From Emiliania huxleyi CCMP1516 (taxonomy: Eukaryota), in contig NW_005201102.1 of assembly GCF_000372725.1 (NCBI RefSeq), forward strand, positions 124,001 to 188,000: a DNA stretch of 64,000 nt, written 5' to 3'. Shown here one piece after another: positions 55,414 through 64,000 of this stretch (positions within the stretch are counted from its first letter, which is position 1; each line of letters opens with the position of its first letter). The notes under the pieces are model-generated. The model was not told the origin of the DNA. It saw nothing but the letters and a program-made list of their open reading frames with translations, and made no database searches. A program made the translations under genes and the position numbers.

Positions 55414-57849
55414 TTATGAGAGGGCCGCGTCGGCGGTCGGGCAGAGGAGGGCCTCTCCCTCCTCCACCGAGCTCGCCTTCTCGCCGGCCGGCTGGAGGAG
55501 GTTGTTCCACAGCCCGCGCGCAAGTAGCTCCTGCACCGCAGCCGAGGACCCGACATGAGCCGAGAGGAGCCGAGAGGAGCCGAGATGGGCCGAGATGGGG
55601 GGATGGGCCAAGCAGGAGGAGAGCAGGAGGAGAGCAGGAGGAGAGGAGGAGGAGAGCAGGAGGAGAGGAGGAGGAGAGGAGGAGGGGGAGAGGAGGGGGA
55701 GAGGAGGAGGAGGAGGGGAGGGGGAGAGGAGGGGGAGGGGGAGCCGCTCCTGTCCCGCGGCGGAGGGGTGGAAGCAGTCGTCCGAGACTAAGTGCGTCGC
55801 GCTGAAGACGGTATGCTGCGCAAACGGCTGGACGATGAAGGTCGTGCCTGGCGAGGGGGGAGGAGGAGAGGCGGCTGGCATCGCGTCGGGGGTCCTCCCC
55901 CGCCCCGTGGGCCGCGCCGCGTGCCTTGGCCGCGTGTCGAGGCGTGCGCGTCGCCGTTGAACTCGGCCACCAGCTCCACCAGCTTTCCGTTGTACTCCCC
56001 GACCCGCTGCCTGGCGACGGCCAGGTCAGACGCCCAATTGCCTATGGGGAGATGTGGGGAGACATGGGGAGATATGGGGAGAGATGCTCAAGTCAGACGC
56101 CCAGTTGCCCATGCACGGGCAGACGAGCGCGAGGAGGACGTCGCAGTACAGGTTGCCGAAGAAGCCCCAGTCGACGCCCGCGAGCTGCGTGTAGTCGGCA
56201 TGCAGCGGAACGTTGACCACAAGCCGCGGCACGGCCGCCAGCGTTTCGAAGGCGGGCCGCATCTTAGCGGCGTACTCGTCGGCACTGACATCGCCGCCAT
56301 CCTTGCACACGTTGCAGAGGTCGTTGCCGCCGAGCAGCATGGTGACGAGCCTAGGGGTGTGAGCGCCGCATCTTGCAGCCGCGTGCTCGGCCTCGCGTGA
56401 GTACACGAGATATGGGGAGATGTGGGGAGATGTGGGGAGATCGGCCTCGCGTGAGAGCGACGGCGACGCTGGGGCAGCGGCTAGCGCGTGAGCGCCGTAT
56501 GGCTGCGGCGGGCGGTCGGCGAGAGCCAGCCTCCGACACCACCGTGTGGCTTCGGTGCAGGAGTGCAGGGGTGCCCCGCGCATCTAGCGAGACGAGCTTC
56601 CACGTGGTTGCGTACGCGGCGCCGCCCAGCAGCGACTCCGCCTTCGCGACTAGCCCCACCGCCTGCGTCAGCGCCTCTTTCGCTCTCGCGCCCGACTGAG
56701 CCACGTTGAGGCCCCGCGCGCCTCCGCCGCCCGTCGACGCGCCTGTCCGCGGCCGGGCGGCGTGAAGAGGCGCCGCGCTCGCGGCCCTCGCTCTCCTCGC
56801 GCCCCCCGACCGCCCGTCGACGCGCCTAGGACGGCTCCGCTCGCGCAAGCCTCGCCGAGCAGGTTGGGGAGCGTGCGCGCCGCGCGAGAGCAGCCGCCGC
56901 AGTCGGAGCAGTCGGTGCCAGCCTGCGACACGGAGAGGGGGGGAGGGAGGGGTCCAAGAGCGGTCGAAGAGAGGGTCGCTACAATGCGACTAAAGTTTGC
57001 GGTGGCATCCTCAGTGCACGTCCGCAGCTAGCCGGAGGAGGGGGAGGAGGCGGAGGAGGCCCCCTGCACCTCGCACTTGCCCGTCGTCTGGGCGGGCTCG
57101 TTGCAGACGCCGTTGTTGGCGCAGCCCTCCTGCCACCACAACCAGCCGCAGGACGCGTCGCACGAGTCGTCACGCGCACTGCTCCCGACCGCCCACGCGA
57201 GCTCAAACCACTCCGCCATGCCCGCGCACCCTGCGCCGTCGCAATCCATGTTCACGGCCGTCGTCAGGCTGTCGCCGATGGCGCCGACGAGCCCGATGGA
57301 GCAGGGGTGGGGGTGGGCGAGCCGCGAGGCCGCGGCGGCGGAGGCGGTGACCTCGGCGCACCACCCGTCAGGCCCGACCGTGGTCGATTGCGGCGGCGGC
57401 GGCGGCGGAGGCGGCGGCGGGGACGGAGAGGGCGGTGGCGGCAATGGGGAAGGCGGTGGCGGCAGCGGGGTAGGTGGCGGGAGGGGCGGCGGTGGCAGTG
57501 GCTGCGGCGACAGAGCCGGCGGCTGTGGCGACGGGGATGGCGATGGCGGCGGGGACGGCGGAGGCAGAGGCGGAGGTGCAGGCGATGGAGACGGCGGCAG
57601 CGGGGACGGCGGCGGCAGCGGCGGAGGTGGTGGCGGAGGAGACGGCGGGGGCAGAGGCGGAGGTGGGGGCAGAAGCGTCGGAGACGGTGGGGGTGGCGAC
57701 GGGGGTGGCGGCGGCAAGGGCGGAGGTGGCGGCGACGGGAAGGGCGGCGGTAGTGGGGACGGCGGAAGAGGAAGAGGGGACGGCGGGGGAGGGGAATTCG
57801 GGGGGGGTCGAGAGAACCAACTTCCCATCGGCGCACCTGTGGGCGTCAT
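55414..57849 (-). CDS. Phospholipase B1-like GDSL/SGNH lipase with N-terminal Pro-rich stalk, multi-exon
   Basis: VGAIGDSLT (block I), AWAVG, TLPNLL, GLNVAQSGA, WKLVTMLLGGNDLC (block III), FIVQPF, DCFHPS...LARGLWNNLLQPAGEK (block V). The start is uncertain (57849 or MGSWF at 57828). Confidence 0.88.
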
Positions 57850-58979
57850 CACGTGGCGCGGTGAGTAGAGGAGAGCAGAGAAGCACGAGGCCCCAGGCCT
57901 CGGCCCAGGCGTGAGCGCAGATGTGGCAATGGAGGCTGGCCGTGTGCATGCGTGCACAGCAAGAGAGGCGGCCGAGCGTTCAGTGACGACCGCGCCGAGA
58001 TTCTCTGGGACACATCACGGCGAGACGTCTCGTGTGGCAGTGACGTTGGATGTGAGGCGTAGGCAATCCGGGCGACTTTGGAGCAAACCGGGCCCGAAGA
58101 TCGCCGAGAAGGAAGAATTCAACGAAAAGAACTCTCTCTCCCGCACACAGGTTCGACACAGGTACGCCACGGTACCAAAAGAGGCACAGTCGCGGGGGTG
58201 CCTACACGAAGGCGTCGAGGTGGGCGAAGGGGGGAGGGCGGCAATCGCCCTCACCCTTACGACGCCCACCCCGGCACTCCCTGTCAACCCACACCTCCTT
58301 CTCAAGCGCAATCGCCCTGCGCTCCGCCTCCGCGGCACGCTTGCCCGCCTTCTTCGCCGAAGGGAAGAATTTCACAACAAAAGGCTCTCGCACACGCACG
58401 ATTCACACAGGGAAGAATTACACAAAACTCCCTCGCACAACACTGGGCACGGGACTGGCGCGCACTGGCACTAACAGTAACACAGGTACACCACGGGAGC
58501 CGCCTAAGCGACTCCTGCGAGGCCGAGGGTGGCGAGGCACTTAGCTCCGTGCACCCGCCCACCCCCGCCACAGGCAAGCTCATTCACGACCTGCTCTGCG
58601 ATGGCCGAATTTAAAGACAAGGTAGGAGCTTTCGCAGGACGCAGCCCGGCACGAGGAACATGTCGCCGTAGATGATGACGAACTCAGTGACCGCCCACAG
58701 CCGCGCGTAAGCTCGAAGGAGGTCATGCTGAGAAGGATGCGGCACGGCCTTGCTCGGTGCCATGCGCTTTGAGCCAGCTAGTTCACGACTCGCCCGATCG
58801 AGAGGGGTGCAGCTGAAAAGAAAAAAAGGAAACCAGCGTGCAGGAGAAAAGACGAGCTTGCTGTGTGTTGTGTTGTGTGGGGTGTGCGGGGTGCGGGGTG
58901 TGTTTGCGGGCATATCTGCCCTTATTCGAAGGTGTCGAGGTGGGGAAGGGGGGGGGGGGGGGGCGTCACCCTACTTTCC

Positions 58980-61440
58980 AAGACCTCGTGAGGTGCAAGA
59001 GGCGCAAGCAAAGCATCTGGCGGGGGCCGTCAGCCTTCCCAAAGAGGCCAGGAAGGCGGCTGGGCGAGGCGACGAGGCGGCGTTGCTGGCTTGGCTTGAA
59101 AGCGGTGGGCGGGTCAATGCGACTTGCGGGGTAGACGATGTGAGCGGCGTCACCGCGCTGATACTCGCCGCTGGCAACGGCCACGAGCGGGTGGTCGAGC
59201 TGCTGCTTCGGCGCGGCGCGGCGATAAACCTGCAGGACAGCATCGGCGGCACCGCGCTGATGCTCGCCGCCCACAATGGCCACGAGCGGGTGGTCGAGTT
59301 GCTGATTCGGCACGGCGCGGATGCCAACCTGCAGAGCAGCGACGGCCGCACCGCGCTGATGTGCGCCGCCAGCGGCCACGAGCGGGTGGTCAAGCTGTTG
59401 CTTCAGCACGGTGCGGATGCCAACCTTCATAACAGTAGCGGCGTCACCGCGCTGATGTTTGCCGCCACCAACGGCCACGAGCGGGTGGTCGAGCTGCTGC
59501 TTCGGCGTGGCGCGGCGATAAACCTGCAGGACAGCAATGGCATCACCGCACTGATGCACGCCGCTGGCCAAGACCACGAGCGGGTGGTTGAGCTGCTGCT
59601 TCAGCACGACGCGGAGGTCGACATGCAGAGCAGCACCGGCGTCACCGTGCTGATGTTTGCCGCCACCAACGGCCACGAGCGGGTGGTCGAGCTGCTGCTG
59701 CAGCACGGCGCGGAGGTCAACTTGCAGACCAGCAACGACCAAACCGCGCTGATGGGCGCCGCCAGCCGAGGCCACCCCGCCATCGTGCTCCGCCTGCTGC
59801 AGGCGGGCGCGGATGCAAAGCTGCGCACTGTGGACGGCAAGTCCGCGCTGCAGCTGGCCAAGGAGAGAGGCCTCAGCGCGTGCGTCAAGGCCTTCCGGCA
59901 GCACATCGCGGAGGTGACTGCGAGCCAACGTGAGGCGGCGGCGGGCGGCGCTACCTCGGGCGAGGGGGCGGCCGGAGCGAGTCCCGCGGCCTCTTCCGGC
60001 TCACTGGACAGGCTTCCCGAAGTGGCCTGGCAAGCGGCTGAGCGAGGCGACGAGGCGGCGCTGCTGGCGTGGCTTGACAGCGGCGGACGGGTCAACGCGA
60101 CTTGCTTGGCGAGCGATGCGAGCTGCATCACAGCGCTGATGCTCGCCGCCCACAATGGTCAGGAGCGAGTGGTCGAGCTGCTGATTCAGCACGGCGCTGA
60201 GGTCAACTTGCAGAACAGCAATGGCAGCACCGCGCTGATGGGCGCCGCCAGCCGAGGCCACGAGCGGGTGGTCGAGCTGCTGCTGCAGCGCGGCGCGGAC
60301 GCCAACCTGCAGAATAGCAACGGCGGCACCGCGCTGGTGTACACCGCCAATAACGGCCATGAGCGGGTGGTCGAGCTGCTGCTGCGGCGCGGCGCGGATC
60401 CAAACCTGCAGGACAGCGATGGCGACACCGCGCTGATGCTCGCCGCTGGCCATGGCCACGAGCGGGTGGTCGAGCTGCTGCTGCAGCGCGGCGCGGAGAT
60501 CAACCTGCAGGACGGCAAAGGCTACACCGCTCTCATAATCACCGCCCGCTACGGGCACGTGCGAGTGGTCGAGCTGCTACTGTGGCGAGGCGCAGATGCC
60601 AACCTGCAGAACAGCTACGGCGAAACCGCGCTGATGACCGCCGCCGCCCAAGGCCACTCCGCCGTCGTGCGGCGCTTGCTGCGGGCAGGCGCGGATACGA
60701 CGGCGCGCACTACGAGCGGCAGGACGGCGCTGCAGGTCGCCAAGGAGAAGGGTCACGCCGAGTGCGTGCGCGCCCTCGAGGAGCATGCGGCGGCAGAGGT
60801 GGAGGCGGTGGAGGCGGCGAAGGAGGCGGCGCGGGCTGCAGAGGCGGCGGCGAGGGCGGCGGAGAGGGCGGCTGAGGAGAAGGAGGCGGCTCGGAACGCC
60901 AAGGAGCTCCTAGCGGAGGTTGAGGCTGAGAAGCGCGCCAAGGGCAAGAAGGGCAAGAAGAAGAAAAAGGCGCGGCCCGGGCCGTCGCAGGAGGCCGAGG
61001 CGGTGGCGGAAGAGGCCGAGGCGCCGGTTGAGAATACCGGGGCAGCCATGGCCGAGGCCGCGAAGGCCGCGAAGGCCGCCGACGAGGAGAGGTTGCTCGA
61101 GCTTCTCGCAAAGTGTCACGAGGAGAGGATCCGGCTCGGCATCACGGCGGAGAGCCAGGCGGCGGCGTCGGCTCAGGTGGCCCAGGCGGCGCGCTTGGAA
61201 GCTGAGGCGGACGAGGCGGAGGAGGAGGCAGAGGCAGACGATGAGGAGGCGGCGGCGGCCGTGACAGCGCTGGCGGATGTCGAGGCGGCGAGAGCGGAGG
61301 CCAGGGCGGCGTTGGAGAGGATTGAGATGGAACTCGAGGAGGCAGCGGCCACTGCAGAGGCGAGGCTTGCCGCTGCGGCCGCTTCGAGGGCCAGGGCTGC
61401 CGCTGCCAGGATGGCGGCCGATGCAGCCCAGCACTCATAG
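58980..61440 (+). CDS. Ankyrin-repeat protein with two tandem ankyrin modules and an Ala/Glu coiled tail
   Basis: Two blocks, each starting AA.RGDEAALLAWL.SGGRVNAT, with about 7 G.TALM.AA..GHERVVELLL..GA repeats; the KKGKKKKK..GPSQE linker resembles gene 1-1377 but there is no U-box. The true start is unclear. Confidence 0.88.
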
Positions 61441-62339
61441 AGGGCAGCCGCTCGCATGGAGACTGGCGGTATCCGCTTGGCCGACTCTCGGCCATCGCAC
61501 AGCACATGGCTCATGGGCACGGGACTGGCGCGCACTGTGGCACTAAGTGCCTCTCAAAAAAACTGTTCAGTTTTCAAAGGCAAAACACAACGCTCTGCGG
61601 TTGGTGCACCCCTCACACTGACACATTCCCCTCATTCCCTACCCTTGGCTGAGCACATCTACCTGCGAGCTAGCATCTCCGCATTTTCTCTTCCAGTCAT
61701 CCGCCCGCGCCGCGCGCCATCACTGGGCGTCTAGTGCAGCCACTGACAGAGCTATTCCGAAGGAGTGGTCGACGCCTCGCCTAGAGTTCGGGTGGACTTG
61801 CGCACTGCTTAGCCCTGAGGGGGGAGTGTGTGTGAGGTGGTGTAATGTTAAGTGCCTCTCGTTTAGAAGGAATGTTACAACAAAACTCTCTCACACGACA
61901 CTCGACACTAGGCACGGCCACGGGACTTGGCGCGCACTAGCACACTAACACAGGTACACCCCCATGGAACAATAACGCACTCTCTCGCACAAATACTTGG
62001 CACGTGGGGCTCTGGCGCGCGTGTTAGTGTCAGTCAGCAGTGCGCGAGAAGAAATCCCTGTGTGGTGGCAGCGTGCCGTTCTCCCAACCCTCCTACTTGA
62101 CGGAGGTTGACGGCTCTAGCCTCTACCTACATCTCGTGTATATGCCGTACCGTGCGCAAGGCGCATGCGCGTATCAACTATCGACTATCGTGTACTCCAG
62201 AACTGTATGCACCACCATTCACGGATGAGAGGCAGAGCTTAGAATACGCTGAACATGATGTGCATCTAATTGAACAGACCGGTCCGTGAGCAGTCTTCGC
62301 CGTCAGGCGCCGTTCTCTTACACGTGGCTGGCGAACCGA

Positions 62340-64000
62340 CTACTCGCGGTCGAGGTCGAGGTCGTCGAGGCCGAGGTCGTCGAGGTCGCTCGCGCCCTCC
62401 TCGGCGTCGGAGATACTGCTCGCATCCGAGGCCCTCGACGCGTCGAGGTCGTCGAGGTCGTCGAGGTCGAGGTTGAGGTCGTCGAGGTCGAGGTCGCGCC
62501 CGGTAAACTTGTGCGTCTGGTCGACCTGAATAGTCCACGTCTTCTTCCCCTTCTCGCCACGCTCGTCCAGCTCTTTGCGCAGCCGCTCCGCGCGGCGGCG
62601 ATAGGCATCCCTCAGCAAGGCGGCCTCGGCCTTCATGATCCCATTGTCGTTGAGCTGTAGCGACGTGAGCGTCGAGTTCGATTTGAGCGCGTCGCCCAGC
62701 GCGGCGCAGCCGGCGCCGAGCGCGCAGTAGTTCAGCTCGAGCTCTCGCAGCGACGCATTTTTCGCGATACCGGCGGCAAGGTCAGCGCACGCGTCGGGGC
62801 CCAGCTTGTTCTCCGACAGGTCGAGCTGCGTCAGCGAGGTGCTCTCGCCGATCGCGCGCAGCGCGGGAGCCACGCCCGCGCTCAACTTGTTGTCGCTCAT
62901 CTTGAGGACCTGGAGCGTGGTGTTGCCCCTGAGCGCCTCGAGGACGGCCGCGCCGCCCTCGTCGCCCAGCGCGCAGTCGCTGAGCTCAAGCTCCGTCAGC
63001 GACGTGCTGGCGGCGAGGCCCTTGCCCAGCGCCACGCCGCCCTCCTCGATCAGGTTAGACTGGATGTCAATCCTCTTGAGCGTCACGCTGCTGGCCAGCG
63101 CCTCGCCGAGCGCGTTGGCAGCAGCCGCGTCCAGCTCGTTGCTGGAGAGGTTGAGCTCAGTGAGGCCGCAGTCGCCGACGGCGGCGCAGATGGGCAGCGC
63201 GCCCGACCCCAGCTCGCAGGAGTCGAGCTGCAAGCTGGTGAGCGCCGGGTGGCCTTTCAGGCGCTGCGCCAGGCCCGCGCCAATGTGGGGCCCGCACTCG
63301 GCGCAGGAGAGGTTGAGCGTGGCCAGCGACTTGCAGTCCAGCAGCGGCGGAAGCAGGCCGCTGGCCTCGCCATTCTTCCACTCCTGCGAGGAGAGGTCGA
63401 CGCTAGTGAGGCTCTTGCTGCGCCCCACTGCCGAGGCGATGGCCTTGGCGACGGCTGGGATCTCGGCAGGGCGCATCAACTCGAGGTTGCAGTTGGCCTC
63501 GAGCACCAAGAGCGAGGGCGCGTCCTCGACCATCCTCGCGAGGGCGATCCAGCCCGCCTCTTGCATCGCCGAGTCGTTGAGCTTGAGCGTCTTGAGCCGC
63601 TTGTTCCCGGCGAGCGCGGCGCACAGCGCCGTGGTGCCGTCGGCCAGGATGTAGTTTGCCGACACGTCGAGGCTGGTGAGGCTCGAGTTCTTGGCGAGCA
63701 GCTTACAGAAGGTGCCGAAGTGCGTGCCGTTGTACGCCTCCCGCTCATCTGCGGCCTCGATGCCGCACAGCTTGTTGTTCGACACGTCGAGCTCCGTGAT
63801 CGAGGTGGCGCCCGCGATGCCGTGGCCGAGGTACACCGCGCCTTCCGGCCCCATCTCCTCGCCGCTCGCCTTCAGGCTGTGCAGCGCCTGCGAGCAGCAC
63901 ATGAGCACGGAAAGCGCACCTGCGCCGCCCGCCTTGAGGTTGCTCTTCATCGACCTCACGTTGAGGTCCGAGGCCGACAGCAGCGCCGGCAGGTTGGGCG
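62340..64000 (-). CDS. Leucine-rich repeat protein (ribonuclease-inhibitor/NLRC3-like LRRs); 5' end lies outside the window
   Basis: About 14 repeats of L..N.SL..L.LS.N.L...G...L; acidic C-terminal DLDLDDL repeats. Confidence 0.88.
   Translation of the reverse strand, partial: PNLPALLSASDLNVRSMKSNLKAGGAGALSVLMCCSQALHSLKASGEEMGPEGAVYLGHGIAGATSITELDVSNNKLCGIEAADEREAYNGTHFGTFCKLLAKNSSLTSLDVSANYILADGTTALCAALAGNKRLKTLKLNDSAMQEAGWIALARMVEDAPSLLVLEANCNLELMRPAEIPAVAKAIASAVGRSKSLTSVDLSSQEWKNGEASGLLPPLLDCKSLATLNLSCAECGPHIGAGLAQRLKGHPALTSLQLDSCELGSGALPICAAVGDCGLTELNLSSNELDAAAANALGEALASSVTLKRIDIQSNLIEEGGVALGKGLAASTSLTELELSDCALGDEGGAAVLEALRGNTTLQVLKMSDNKLSAGVAPALRAIGESTSLTQLDLSENKLGPDACADLAAGIAKNASLRELELNYCALGAGCAALGDALKSNSTLTSLQLNDNGIMKAEAALLRDAYRRRAERLRKELDERGEKGKKTWTIQVDQTHKFTGRDLDLDDLNLDLDDLDDLDASRASDASSISDAEEGASDLDDLGLDDLDLDRE

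Overview
Very GC-rich eukaryotic genomic DNA with three N-gaps. The style (GC-AG introns, 10-11 bp tandem repeats in introns, expanded ankyrin/kelch/RCC1 genes) suggests a haptophyte such as Emiliania (Gephyrocapsa) huxleyi; this is an inference. Intron-containing genes: an MFS transporter, a GHMP/galactokinase-like kinase, the splicing factor SPF45/RBM17, HemK2/N6AMT1, argininosuccinate synthase and a phospholipase-B/GDSL lipase. Intronless repeat-protein genes: ankyrin-U-box, F-box-like kelch, F-box-like RCC1, a double ankyrin and an LRR protein. Also present: a head-to-head pair of surface proteins that between them carry the LTD/OB/EEP domains of bacterial ExeM-type nucleases, a frameshifted GxGYxYP gene, a PIN/NYN-cold-shock gene, a GT17-like ORF, and nested transposons with readable TIRs and TSDs. 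The most striking pattern is intron architecture. Many introns, often 67-76 nt, begin with a copy of the start of the downstream exon, which supplies a GT/GC/GA donor. They are filled by a few recurrent cassettes (a ~41-nt TGTGAACAG...TGTGAACAG cassette, a SINE-like element, 10-11-mer satellites), and the acceptor comes from the filler or from the duplication. This looks like an Introner-like, duplication-coupled intron-gain system. All exon/intron calls were made by eye and lack transcript support.
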